The notes under the pieces are model-generated. The model was not told the origin of the DNA. It saw nothing but the letters and a program-made list of their open reading frames with translations, and ran no database searches. Positions 12,086-26,060 of a DNA stretch of 64,000 bases are shown piece by piece. Every line of letters begins with the position of its first letter. The stretch's first letter is position 1. The translations under genes were made by a program, and so were the position numbers. The stretch is from contig CP075493.1 in assembly GCA_021613535.1 (NCBI GenBank), positions 11,594,001-11,658,000 of the forward strand, in the 5' to 3' direction. Origin of the DNA: Adineta vaga. Taxonomy: Eukaryota; Animalia; Rotifera.

Positions 12086-15000
12086 ATGATATCGATTATT
12101 AGTTTATACTTATGGATTATTTTTGCGATCATTGGACAAATTTCAGGTAAATAATTCATTAATTAAATAAGATGAACATTCGTTTAGCTGATGAATCGAA
12201 CAAGTGTTTAGTTCATGATTATTACACATATTTCATTTGTTCCTTTTCTATTTTAGCTATTTCATATAATCAGCCGAAATTTTGTGCTAATGCAACATGG
12301 CATCCTCATGCAACTACTTTTTCTGATAGCAGTACTTCTGGTCAATATCAATGGGGACTTTTCATTAATACCAACAATACAATCTACATCGCTGATTTCT
12401 TTAATCATCGAATACAAATATGGCTTAATAATACTCATCAACCAACTCAAACTATTTCTGATAATCTATATCATCCATTTTTTGTTTTTGTTACGGACAA
12501 TGGTGATCTTTATATTGATAATGGTGAAGGGAATCATCGAGTTGATAAACGAACACTAAACTCAAATAGTAGTGTTCCTGTAATGTATGTTAATATCACA
12601 TGCTCGAATCTCTTTGTTGATATTAATAATACTCTTTACTGTTCAATGCTGAACTATCATAGAGTTGTCAAAAGATGGTTGAATAATACTTCAATGACAT
12701 CAACAATTGTTGCAGGTACAGGTGTCGCCGGAAATATGTCGAATCAGCTTAATGAGCCTACTGGTCTTTTTGTCAATAGCAAGTTTGATGTATATGTAGC
12801 GGATTGTAAAAATGATCGAATTCAACTCTTTCAATTAGAACAAACAAATGGAACGACAGTAGTAGGAAATGGATCAGTAAATATCACTATTACACTTAAC
12901 TGTCCAAGTGGAATCGCCGTAGATGCTGATAATTATTTCTTTATTGTTGATAAATTCAATCATCGTGTTGTGGGATCAGGTCCATATGGTTTTCGATGTT
13001 TAGTCGGATGTTCTCGTGTAAAAGGATCCGCAGCCAATCAGTTAGATACGCCTACCACTCCCAGTTTCGATAGTTACGGAAATCTGTTTGTTACAGATAC
13101 ATTCAATCATCGAATTCAAAAATTTACCTTCTTAACAAACTCATGTGGTACGTATAGAGACATTTCATTTTGAGAAAGACCAGTATTATAATGATTGATA
13201 TACATGTATATATATATATATCCTCCGATTTTTCCTTATATCGTAAACAAAGTGTCAACAGTAATGTCTACAACTATTGCTCCAAAAGTTACATCGATTC
13301 GAAAAGGTTGGTTATTGAAAATCATTGATAATAACAAAACTAGTTTTCTAGAGCAAACGACACCATCCATACAACAGGCAACATCAACAGAGAAAATTAC
13401 GACTGTGAAACCTGTAATAACTAATCAGAGTAAAAATGTTTTTCAAAAGAGATCAAATTTCAAATGAAAGCTTATCTATGTTTAGCATGTTTTCCTCCCA
13501 ATGTCATACTAATACCGAGTACAACAACACTATCATCACCAACTTCGTTTCGACGAAGTCAAGATTTTTATATCATTTCAATAATTGATATTAATTGTGA
13601 AACATCCATAACAATTAATACACGTTGGACAATCAAAAACTGCACTTCAATTTGTTCAAATGAAATTGAATTAGATGCAACAGTAGATACTACGTTAAGT
13701 GAATTGTATATTCCGGGACGAACGCTTCCATATGGAATATTTGAATTAACCTTAAAGGTAGCAATGGTTAATATGTCAAATTTAACTTCATCTTCATCTG
13801 CTTATGTTCGAATCACAGCATCAGGTATAACAGTAAATCTTTTTCAATATGGAACATCGATGATTACTCGTGGTAATCAACAAGATCTTCGAATAGGACC
13901 AGGAAGTTATTCTGTTGATCCTGATAGAGACTTTTTCAATAGTGATGTAAGTTTTTTTTTCAATAATCGGTATTTGTTTATCTATGAATTTTATTGAATA
14001 GGATTGGAAATATGTTTATTATTGTCGGATTTATGGTTTATATACATTCCCTAATATACAAGGTTCTCTATTACCAATAGATGATATGAGAAATGATTCA
14101 TCGAATCCATCATGTTTATCAAATCGAACAGGCTGGAAATATTCAGATTCAATTAGATCATCATTAACAATTCTTTCGAATTCTCTTCAACCAAATCGAA
14201 CATATCAATTCATGGTTTACTTACAAAATCGTCAAAATCCATCTAGTCAAGCAACTGGTTATGCACTTGTAAAGATTGATAATCAACAATCACAAATGAT
14301 TCTTATTGGGTAAACATCTTCATCTGATTTTACTTAGTATTAACATTCTCTTGTCTTTAGTTGTGTTATATGGACAATGTGTATTCCAAATTTAGAGTTT
14401 CAACTTGTCAATCCCACAACACAAGTTGCTTTATTTTCAGTTTGTACTGGAGATTGTTCAACATTACAAAATATCACATGGAATGTTTACTATAGTACGA
14501 ATGATTCATCTGCTAATGTAATTACATGGATTTTCTCTAATCAAACAATTACTCATCAAGATATTTGGTTTTTCGGTAGAAATACAAGTAATTTTACTGC
14601 TACAAGTCAATTATTCTTATCTAACCCGATGATAACTCTGTGGCGATTTGAAATTCTTTGTACATTTTCATCTGCAAAAAGTTTAAGTTCATTAAATTTT
14701 GTTATCAATCAACCACCAACGAATGGTTCATGTTCAATCAATCCTCTTAATGGGACAATAACTACTTTATTTGATATTTCATGTTCAAATTGGATGGATA
14801 AAGACGGAATCAAAGATTATGCTCTTTTTGGTATGTTAAGCGATGAGTTACTTTTTTTCTATACTATCAAAGTAACGTTGATGTTTATAGCTAGAATAGA
14901 TGATTCAAAGAAGAAAACAATTGTTGCCTATTCTGCCATCTCAAATTTTCAAGTTCGATTACCAGCTGGTGATAATCAAACATCATTACTTCATTTAACT

Positions 15001-18000
15001 ATTCATATCCGAGATACATTAGATTGTATAATAGTATTGAATATTTCAACTGTTCATGTTCAAGCAGATTTAGTTGAAATTACAAATTTAATTGATAATA
15101 TTAATAGTCAATCGAACACAAGAATGACAAATCCAATTGTTCAATCACTTGCAAGTGAAAATCAAAATATTGTTTCACAATTAATCAATTCACTTTCACA
15201 AGAATTTAATAAAATGAATAACGAAATTGTTAATCAAGCTACTTCAAGTAAATTTCAATAGAATTTTATTTTTGAACTTTTATTCTATGAATTTATAGAT
15301 GGTATTTCAACGGCAAGTATTTCAATTTCATCCTTAACAAGTCAAATTTTACAACCGGTAATTTACCTGATCAAACTATCATTTTCAAATGACTATTTAT
15401 CATTTTTTAGGTATTTTCCTCAAACAATCAATCAGCATTGAATGAATTTCAAAAAGAATTAAATCTTCACGCCAATGTTCGAGAGTATTTAATAAGTTTT
15501 ACAACAAAACTTGCTATAACAACACCGAATAGTATTCAATTACAAGCATCTGCATTAGCACAACTAACTCAAGCAACGAATCAATTAACAAGAACAACTC
15601 TAGTATTTGATTTCAATTATTTCGTTTTGATTTTCATAAGAAATCTTTGTTTCTATCCTAGACAATTGTTTCAAATAGATGCTATCAATTAACGATGGCA
15701 TTATATGCAATGTTAATCAAAATTCCATATGAAGATGTTCAAGCAGCTGCCTATGAACTTCTTCAATGTGCTGCTAATATCTTAAGTGTAAGATGACGTT
15801 TCATGATGTTGCTCTGTTTTATTTTGAATAAATTTAGGCGGTAAATGGACCATTACAAAAACGAACTGATCTTTTGAATTCGGACATTTCAGTTGCTACG
15901 AAATTTCCGGCGGATTATGATACTGATCTTGAATCGGAATGGTCAAATCTAAGTAAGCAGTTTTGATATTGTTCAGTTCAATATTTATCATTCATTTTCT
16001 CTGCATTAAGATTTATTTGTTGATGAAAATGATTTCTCAGTAGACGCAATTGGAAAAGGTCGAAATATTTATTATCAAAAACAATTAGCGAATCAAATAT
16101 TCAATCAAATGAATAAAATAATCCTTCTATTAACATCATTATTAAATACTCATTTGAATGTTGGACAAAATTCTGTTTTTGATACATCACAAATCTTTAT
16201 GTCGTTAGAAACGAAATCATCTGAATCACTTTCCAGTACATTCTTAAAAAAATTTGGTAATGCACAAATTCAACTTCCGGCAGATTTAATTCAACAATCA
16301 AAAGTTTCTATTCGAGTGAGTTTTTCTTTTATTATCTTTTTGAATGCTCATATTTGATCTCTTTAGACTCTAATGAGTCCACTTGCTATCTATGGCAATT
16401 CAACATTTCAATCTATTACCATTACAAATTGTTCAAGATTAATTTCATTTTCAATTCTTGATCAAAATGAACAAGAGATTCCTATTCAAACAAATACAAA
16501 TCATTCAATTGAATTAATCATTCCTCGTGATCCTAATTTATTGATTTCATCGATGAGTTTACAAAATGTAACAGCAATGAATTCGATGCCTCATGATCAA
16601 TTATTTCAGTTACACTATCGAAATCTGACAAGTCTCAAGTCAATTTCAATTCATTTTGAAATTGTTCCACTAAATACCAATATTTCGTATTTATTTATTT
16701 ATAAATTTGATGGCATACCACAACTGAATAGTTCAATCAATCAAATTGATGGATGGAAACTTTTCTGTTCATTTGATTTAATAAATGAAACAATTTATAA
16801 CTATTTTCTTGATAATCAAAAAACATCTGGTCATCAGTCAATTGTATTCGGTTTACGAGAATTAAATTTAACGGAAATCGATCATTTCTGTTCAAATGTA
16901 TCAATTATGAATCCTCCCATTAGAAACGAACGATTTTATTTTACATCAAATTATCAATTGAGAACTTATACATCCGGTTGTTATTATCTTGATAAGAATA
17001 ATCAATGGACATCTGATGGATTAATAGTTGGACCATTGACCAATCATTATCAAACACAATGTTTTGCGACTCATCTAACAAGTTTTGCTGGTGGTTTTCT
17101 TGTTCTACCGGAACCCGTCAACTGGAGTTATGTCTTTGCAAATGCTGATTTTCTCCGAAATAAAACCATCTATGTAACTGTCATTTGTGTTTCGATCATC
17201 TATATTCTCTTGATGATTTATGCCCGATGGAAAGATAAAAAAGATATGGAAAAACTCGGTGTTACACCTCTACCTGATAACCATAAGTCAGATGGATATT
17301 TTTATCAAATTATCGTCTTTACTGGTCAACGAGATCGGTTCAGGGACAAAATCAAATGTGCATTTTGTATTATATGGTAATAAAGATCAAACATCGATTC
17401 GTACTTTTGCTGATCCTCATCGTCGAATTCTTCAACGTGGTGGAATCGATGCATTTATCATGGCTGTTCCACATTCATTGGGATTATTGAATTGTATTCG
17501 TATTTGGCATGATAATAGTGGAAAAGATTCATCATCATCATGGTTTCTGAAATATATCATCATTCGTGATCTACAAACAATGGAAAAGTTTCATTTTATT
17601 AGTCAACGATGGTTTTCAGTGGAAAAAGACGATGGCAAAGTAAAGTATTCTTATGATCCTTGTTTGATTATTTTTGTGTTTGTATTTAATAGATTGAACG
17701 TGTCTTACCAGTGGCAAATGAATCCGAAAAACATGATTTTACATATTTAATCACAAAAGGTACATATCATAGTGTGTCCGATGGTCATTTATGGTTTTCA
17801 ATCTTTTCTCGTCCACCATCAAATCAATTCACACGTGTTCAACGATGTACATGCTGTTTTGTTCTCTTCTTCGTTTCGATGTTCTTGAATATCATGTACT
17901 ATGATTTATCAAATGAAACTGAAACAAATAATTCCACAAGTACAACGAAATTAGCATTTGGTTCTCTGTATATAACACGTGAACAAGTAGGATAACGAGG

Positions 18001-20601
18001 TTTTCTAACAAAAAAATGTACTTAGTGAAATTCATATTTTCAGATAGGTATTGGTATTATTGTGGAAGTCTTCGCTTTAATTCCAAGTCTTTTACTTGTA
18101 CAGTTATTTCGACGACTTCAGCCTCGTCGAAAACAACATTCCCCATTGCGTCAAGCTTTGTATAAAATTAAAGCAACTTCACAAATGTTTGTAGATAAAT
18201 CATATAACAATGAACTTGTTCGAAAGAAAACGAATAGAAAATCACGATTTATATTTCCATGGTGGTTTATATTTCTTGCATATGGATTGTGTGCAATATT
18301 CGTTGGTCTTTCGATTCTATTTATCATTGCACGTGGAATTGAATTTGGTGATTTGAAAAGTCAACAATGGTTAACATCCATTCTTAGTGGATTTTTTTCT
18401 TCAATTTTACTTACACAACCTATAAAGGTATTGTTTGAACGTTTTAAATTATGAAACAAATACAGTTTTTTTTTATTGAAGATCATCACATTAGCAATCA
18501 TTTTTGCTTGTTTTTGTCGAAAATCGAACGATGATAAAGAAGCTAATGAATTTCTTGATGATAATCAAGTTGATTTAAATAATGATGAAGAATATCTTCA
18601 TCAAAATCCATCTCTTTTTATTTATCAACGAACAATACAAACGAATCGTTTATGTGAAGAACAGATTGTGATACAACGTGATCAACGTATGAAAGAAATT
18701 TATATGTGGTCAATTATTCGAGAACTTCTTCTTTGTCTTTGTTTCTTATCATTTCTTTATACAATTACATATTCAATTCAACAATCGAATTCATTTCTTC
18801 AAGTTGATCATTTACGAAAATATTTTCTCAATTCGAGACAAATTGATTGTGATTATATTAAGGTTAGTGTGCTTTTAAACAGATGTTTCATCAACATGAA
18901 TACTTGTTTAGATTTCGACAATTGATCAATATTGGAATTGGTTAGAAAATAGTTTCGTAGAAAATCTTCGTGCACAACAATGGTATAATGATGAGCAACC
19001 AAAGAATCTCAATGGTTTTATTAATGATAAATCCAATCGATTGATTGGATGGGCAACAATGAGACAACTACGTATTCGATCTCAATCATGTCAGGTTCAA
19101 AAAGAACTAATATCAATATGTCATCATGATTATAGTTTATTCAATGAAGATAAAAATTCATATAAACCTCGCTGGTCAAATCAAACTTTACAAAACTATA
19201 GTGCAATAATTCGTCAATCATTTCAATATCGATCTAGTAAAGAACTAGATACGTATATGTATGTTGGAAATTATGGAAGCTATGTTGGTGGTGGTTATGT
19301 TTATGAATTTCGTGGTCGTTTATCGGATCTTCGAAGTAATCTTTCTCAACTTCAACAATTAGGATGGATTGATAGGCAAACACGAGCTGTGCTTATTGAA
19401 TTTACTCTTTACAATCCAAATGTACAATTATTTACTTCAGTGACCTTTCTTATAGAAATTTTATCAACAAATGGAGTTTACCCATCAGCACGTTTTGAAC
19501 CTGTTAATTTTTCTAGTAATGCCAGTTTTTTTTCTCGTTTGCTGATCATTAATCAAATGCTTTTTATTTAGCATTTACATCGATTCATCAATTGATCTGT
19601 ATTATTATTTATATGTTATTAATCATATATTTTATGTGGATAGAAATTCGATTGTTAATTGAATTAAAATGGAAGTATTTCCATCGATTTTGGTCGTATA
19701 TTGATAATGGAATAATTATTTGTTCGTGGACAAGTATTGGCATTTATATTTGGAGATATCACGAATATCAACGTATTAGTCAATTATTTGAACAAACAAA
19801 TGGATATATAAATATAAATCTACAATTCATTGTTTATATCAATGATATTCTTACATATTTATATGGTTTTTGTTGTTTTTTTGGTACAATTAAATTAATT
19901 CGTTTATGTCGTTTTAATCAACGTCTAAATTTATTTCTTCAAACATTGAAATATGCACGAAAACGATTATTATCATTTGGAATGATGTTTTCCATTGTAT
20001 TTCTTTCATTTGTTTGTTTATTTTATTTATTATTTATTTCAAAAATATCTTCAACAGCAACATTATTAAGTACGATACAAATATTATTTGAAATGACATT
20101 AATGAATTTTGATGCACAAGAATTAAGTGGAGCTGCTGCATTTCTTGGACCATTTTGCTTTTGTCTATATATTATTTTCGTTGTCTTTATTTGTATGAGT
20201 ATGTTTATTTCAATTATTTATGATAGTTATCAACATGCAAAAGAAAATTTTGATCATAATCAAGAAATAGTCACATTTATGACAAGACGCTGGCAACAAT
20301 GGACAGGTATACTGTAATTAGAAATGTCATTAATATAGTTCGTTTGTTTTGTTTTTTACTGTAGGTTTGAGAAAACTTGGTAAAGATGATATTCAAGAAG
20401 AAAAAGATGTCGTTATGCGTTCACAATACAATGATCCGATTGAATGTTTTCCTGAAAGAATGGATCGACTATTGGATGCACTCAATCGAGTATATACTTT
20501 TGAATTCATTTATGACTATATTTATTTTGATTTCTGCATTATAGATCTATGTAACACAAAGATCCAATGAATCAAAACTAAACCCAAATACTTTATCATA
20601 A
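12086..20601 (+). CDS. Polycystin-1-like (PKD1L/REJ) protein: signal peptide, NHL propeller, Thr-rich stalk, REJ, GAIN/GPS, TM, PLAT, polycystin channel; multi-exon, one apparent frameshift at ~17335
   Basis: Signal exon 12086-12146. NHL repeats (YVADCKNDRIQ), REJ (NQPPTNGSCSINP), GPS (CFATHLTSF), PLAT (IRIWHDNSG...SWFL), FTRVQRCTCC, MRQLRI and WIDRQTRAVLIEFTLYNPN. Last exon stops at 20601. Confidence 0.92.
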
Positions 20602-20938
20602 TACTTTTTAGTCTTGTAAAAATAAGCAATACTTTCAAATAAAATAAGATCATCAATTTAAGATGTTTAACGTCTAAAACTAAACTCCATCTTGCATAGG
20701 TAGTAATAATTTTTCGATGATCATAAAATATTATTATAAAGCAATAAACTAAACAGAAGGATTCAAGTGGTTTCTATTATAGTATACTGGGAAGTGATGC
20801 AAATACATGAAAAAGAATAATATTGCTCGAAAAGCTCTTCTAGTAAAAAAAAACTTCTTTTGTTCTATTGAATATTACACGAATCGAATGATAGAAGTAG
20901 TGTTCTTAATAATCAACGTCAATAATAGATATCTATTG

Positions 20939-20957
20939 ACACCCACACCCACCCTCA
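20939..20957 (-). repeat. Telomere-like tract TGAGGGTGGGTGTGGGTGT
   Basis: Plus strand reads acacccacacccaccctca; related copies occur at 21628, 21658, 25858 and 28975. Confidence 0.6.
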
Positions 20958-21106
20958 CTTTTCTCACAGCTATCAATTACTGATGTAATGTAGACAAGAA
21001 AGTCTTTATGGTCGCTTTATTTTATTTGTGAAGAAATTCATTAAAAAAGAGAAAAAACTCTTAGCATAATGTTTTGTGTTTGCTCTTCATGTTTGAAAAG
21101 CACCAA

Positions 21107-21449
21107 CTATTTTTTCACGGTAATAGTATCACCAGCATTCAAACCAGATCTATCTTTTTGATTCAATATGATACATCCCTTGCTGGCTGATCGATCACCT
21201 TTGCCATTATCACCATGAATTTCAAACTTATTTCGTTCAAACATATTGTTCGATGAATCTGGCACTAACTTGCACCTTTCACCACTTCCACTACAGCTGT
21301 TTTCAAGGACATACTTACCAACTGGAATCGGACCTGAATTCTTCTTCGTTTGATCTGTTTCGCCTTTGTATCCGCTATACGATTGTGTGACATTTGCCAG
21401 TATTACCATTACAAAATTCGCCTGTGGTTTGATTGTATGTGTGCGACAT
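21107..21449 (-). CDS. Tlde1/DUF2778 L,D-transpeptidase-fold protein (bacterial-type), one +1 frameshift near 21385
   Basis: MSHTYNQTTGEF, then after a 1-nt shift SYSGYKG...GPIPVGKY...RNKFEIHGDNGKGDRSASKGCII (H...SxGC catalytic motif). Intronless. Confidence 0.85.
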
Positions 21450-21627
21450 GTTTGCTTCTACAGAGATTTGTTTTGTATTTGTTGAATATTGGTCGAATTC
21501 TCTCTTTATATAGAAGTATGCGAATGTTGGAAATTTCTGAGTAACTTCTTTATGAGAAAAAAGAAAGAGAACGGAAGTATTTGTTAAGTACAATTTACTG
21601 TAGGTAAAAAGTTTATCTGAAGACATG

Positions 21628-21673
21628 TGAGGGTGCGGGTGTGAACGAAGTAGAGATACCCACACCCACACCC
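21628..21673. repeat. Head-to-head telomere-like tracts
   Basis: TGAGGGTGCGGGTGTG, a ~15-bp filler, then CCCACACCCACACCC. Confidence 0.6.
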
Positions 21674-22340
21674 TTCAATGTTTATATGATAATGTTGCTG
21701 GTGCTACTGAATCGATGAGCAATTTTTGGCGTTTGGTCGCAACAACTTTTAGATCGTACTCAAATGTCTTAGGGTAACAAGACTGTCTTTTCTTTCCTTT
21801 TGGGATCTATCTAATATATTTAGATATGAATTAATCAATGAACCATGGGCTTCAGATTGAAGGACCAGCTTTATTTGATTCAACATTGGTTTTTTAAATA
21901 TTATCTAGGAAGAAGAACTAATACTTTCCATTTTGTTTTTAGATTGGTATTCAACAGTTAGGTGGTTCATCATTTTTAACTGAATTTGGTGAATGTGATG
22001 GTTCATCTACATGTGATTAACAACTAGAATGGGGAATGACGAATGCAGACAAATATTTTCAATCATGGGCTTATTGGGGTACTATCTATAATGATATGGA
22101 TGCAACTAAACGAATAACTCGACCTTATGCTCGAGCTATTGCTGGTCAACCAAATACAATATGCATTATGAAACTGATACAAAAACCTTTCTTTTAACAT
22201 ACACGATTAATAAATCAGTTAAACAACCAACAGAAATTTTTATTCTATATCGTTAGTTTATCCGAAATCAAGTTATAATGTTAGTGTGAATGAATATATT
22301 AAATGGAAAGTTGATCCAATGAATTCAAATGTAATTTTGG
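21674..22340 (+). pseudogene. Endoglycoceramidase (GH5) pseudogene, 5'-truncated
   Basis: QCLYDNVAG...FWRLVATTF...VLG/YELINEPW (acid/base), SFLTEFG (nucleophile), QSWAYW, RITRPYARAIAGQP and PTEIF. In-frame TAA at ~22018, frameshifts and an internal deletion. Confidence 0.82.
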
Positions 22341-23049
22341 GGTCAATAAAAATAATACCAACTCATGTCTAATCATTTGACTTTCATTTAATTATAAATT
22401 TCAATTGATTTAAACTAAAATTTGTTGTTATATGATTCACATCATTTATCCTTCAGCTATAGTTTAACATAATTTTCATAATTGAAGATATTTTATTACT
22501 AATAAGATGTAACTATAGTCTATCTCAGCGACACCTATACTTTCAAAGATTCTGCACTATTATGACTGTATACCTCGATATAGTAGAAATTCAGTCATTT
22601 TTCATTTTCTTTTTTTGTTAAACAAGTAGCAAGAAGCGAAGCAGCGGATAGTTTTAGTCTTTTCTATCAGTATATATATGAACAGAAACGCAACGATAAG
22701 GATTAAACGTAAACATACTTTTTCTTTCTATATATAAACATGTGAATCATTACTCTTCAAGAGTTTATTTTTCGTCTGAAATGATCATTTTTCGATCGAT
22801 AAATTCGTTGTCGAGTTTGCATAATCGATTTTTAAAAATCTCTTCCGCCACTAATATCATGAATATCTTCAAAACGTAACGAATCTTACATTTATTTTCA
22901 CATCGTTATATAAAAAACTGATAGGTAAGATCTCACCAATAACTTCATCTTTTTATTTAGATCTAAGATCTTCAAACGAAGTAGTAAATTTTCGAAATTA
23001 CTTTCTTGTATTTATCTTTTGACTTTTCGATAATACAATAGCAACATCA

Positions 23050-24381
23050 ATGTCAAATCTTATTCACGGTAAACAAAAAATCGTACAAAATATAATTATT
23101 GTAACCTATCTGTTTTTCATAGGTGATAAAAACATTCAAAATTCATCAAATGCAGAGAATATTCAGAAAATGAGTATCGATCTTTCAAAGGTTTATCATT
23201 GTCAAACAGGAATTTTAACACCATTTGATCTTTTTGAACATGCACTCTACATTATTGGTATGTTCTCTGTTCAATTCGTCGATCTTTATGTACATTTATT
23301 CATTTCAGTACATCTCTCAAATGAAGATGATAGTAAGGTGATGGAAGCTTGTCGAAATCTGTCAGAGTTTCGAGAAAACCTTTCTCAAGCACATCAACCT
23401 TGCCGATTGGAAGCAACATTAGGTTTTGGATATTCAAAAACTCAACAATGGCTTTCTCGAGCAAACGTTCCTTTTCCGAAAGCTCTACTGGAATTTATAA
23501 GAAAACAAGGTCCAACAGGAAAAACAATGCCAAGTACAGGTAATAACAAAAACAAAATCAATTGAATTTCGAGATTGTTAATTAATGAACATTTTAGGAG
23601 GAGATCTACTTGTTCATATTCGAAGTAATCGAAAAGATCTTTGTTTTGAACTTGGTCGACAATTTTGTCAATCCATTCCTGATACATCCATTACTCAATT
23701 AGATGATACATTTGGATATGCATATATGAGTTCGAAAACAAATGGATTATCACAAGATTTCACAGGTTTCGAAGATGGAAATGAAAATCCAAAGAATGAC
23801 GAACAACGGGTATTAAATATGATTGTTATGATCTATTAAAAATGATATGATTTACTTTGAACAGGCCAAAGCTGCGTTGATTGGAGAAGATGAAGATGAA
23901 TCCATTCATGTTGGAGGTTCTTATGCATTAACTCAAAAATGGAAACATAATTTAATCAAATGGAATGAGTATGTTAATATATTCTATTGAGACACATTGA
24001 ATTTGACTTGAAATATTTAGATTGTCAGTAGATGAACAAGCCAATGTGTTTGGAAGAACTAAAGGAGAAGATAGTAAAAAGATACGACCAAAAATTCCAA
24101 CATCTCATATTTCGCGAACTGATTTAAAAGAGAATGAAAAGGATATTAAAGTCGTTCGTCAATCTCTTCCATATGGCGATATGAAAGAGCAAGGTTTATT
24201 TTTTATTTCTTATGCTTCGAATCCAAGAAAACATGAAAAACAACTGAATAGTATGCTTGGAATGGAAAATGGAATTTATGATCGACTGATGGACTTTTCA
24301 ACACCAATTACAGGAAACTATTGGTTTATTCCTTCGATTAATCTCCTTAGAAACATTTTTAAACTGACAACTAAGTTTTAA
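23050..24381 (+). CDS. Dye-decolorizing (DyP-type, YfeX-like) heme peroxidase with ~5 introns; start uncertain
   Basis: CQTGIL, GDLLVHIRSNRKDLCFEL, GFEDGNENP (GXXDG), LTQKWKHNL, FGRTK, SHISRT (proximal His), VVRQSLPYG (distal Arg), GLFFISY and TGNYWFIPS. Confidence 0.92.
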
Positions 24382-25857
24382 AAATTACATTTTCATACAT
24401 GAAAAACAATTCAAAACAAACGCAAAAAAATAAATATCTTATTTCAAAGAGGATGTGAGTATTAGTATACAGACAATCATATCTTTCCTTAACTGTCAAC
24501 AACATCTATGTGAAGAAACACATTTTCATATTATAGAAAGATAAATACAATGAGAAAATAATAAAGATTAAAGACACTACTTAAGATCTGTTTGCCAATA
24601 TTTTGTGATTGTTTAGAATATGAATATCTTCATTGTTCTCGTTTAGATTAGGATGACTCGAGGGGTTAAAGATTTTTTATGTATTGTTAAAATCTTTTTC
24701 GAGAGAGTTAATAAATGATGACAGGTCCTGTCTTCTCACACTATCATATATTGAAAAAAATGACTATTATGTTACAGGAAATAAAACTTCATCAAATACT
24801 TCTATGAAAATAGTCACTTGATCATAGATACATATATACTTCTTATTTTTCAATGATATCGGAGAATTCTTTGTATTCCCTATTGTAAAGAAAAAGTAGG
24901 ATAAAAGAATAAAACTAAATAAAGAACTTTTAATTAATAAGGATAAAGCATAATTGGTCTGATTTTCTAATTGTAATTACATAAAAAGAGATAATATTCG
25001 AGAAAGCAACTTTCAGGCTAACATTGGATGGTCATAAGCATATAGAAGAAAGAAAGAAAACAGAAAAAATGACCTTCGTGAGACTTGAATCCAATCGGGT
25101 AGATCTCCTAAGCTAGTTAGATCAGAAGGTTTATCAAAACGTCAGTTTAACGCCAACGTGAGTCATCACAGACCACAAGAAATGTATTTCTCCTCAACAT
25201 CGCAACATGACGCACTGGTACTTGAACCATAAGAAAATCCACAATATTTGAAATAATAATGAATCCTATCCTGCGAGGGTTTAAGTATGATTGACACATA
25301 TTCTACTCCTCAGACTCACACACTACACATATAATATTATTTATCCGGGCTATCTCCGGATTCGGTGTATAGTCACATCGTTTGCTTTTCTCTTTCGTTC
25401 TTTTTCTTTTCATTCCGTACGTGTCGCGTGTGAAGATGAACTTTATGCCTGAGTGATATCGAAGAGAGAAGTTTGTTTTTCTTTCCTTTGAGCTTCACTC
25501 TAACATTTGGATAGATATAATTGTGTATATCATAGTGCTCTGATACATATGAAGATAAAATAAATTTCTAACTAATTTATTTAAAAATATATTTAAAGAG
25601 AAATATAAAAAAATAATCTTGAATATGAGTAAATGAAAAATGAAGTTTCGATAATAAAATAAAATAACTAACTACAAAAAAAAACTTATAATGTCTTTTG
25701 ATCATGATGGCCACGATTTCCACCAGTTGTTGCTAAAAATACAAGTATAAAATACTATATTTCCGTATTGTACACTACTAGTAAGGAAAATTAATTACAT
25801 CACACTTGAAGTTGAAGGAAATACATTTGTATCAGTGTTGTATATTTATTCATCAAT

Positions 25858-25877
25858 CCCATCCACACCCACCCTCA
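25858..25877 (-). repeat. Telomere-like tract
   Basis: Plus strand reads cccatccacacccaccctca. Confidence 0.5.
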
Positions 25878-26060
25878 ATACAGAACGCTCATTATTATCT
25901 TTAATACATGTTAAATTGACGATACGGGTGAAAAATTTGACTTTTATTCACAACTATAGCAACGCTTTTGAATAAAATTTTTTAAAGTTACGATTTATTG
26001 TAAATAAATTATATAATAAAAACAAATTTCCCTGAAACAATTAAAGTTAGAACAAAAACA

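Noticed and set aside
21625-21680. 50-bp MITE with TG..CA ends and ATG target duplication
   Set aside because: The right-hand ttcaatg is explained as GH5 coding sequence (QC), so the 3-bp match is probably chance. Kept only as an alternative.
25070-25135. tRNA-like fragments (GGATTCAAGTCTC; AGATCAGAAGGT)
   Set aside because: The pieces are on opposite strands and no cloverleaf can be built.
25340-25375. Helitron-like 3' hairpin (TCCGG..CCGGA...TATAG), similar at ~29240-29280
   Set aside because: No canonical CTRR end or identifiable 5' end; too weak without a copy search.
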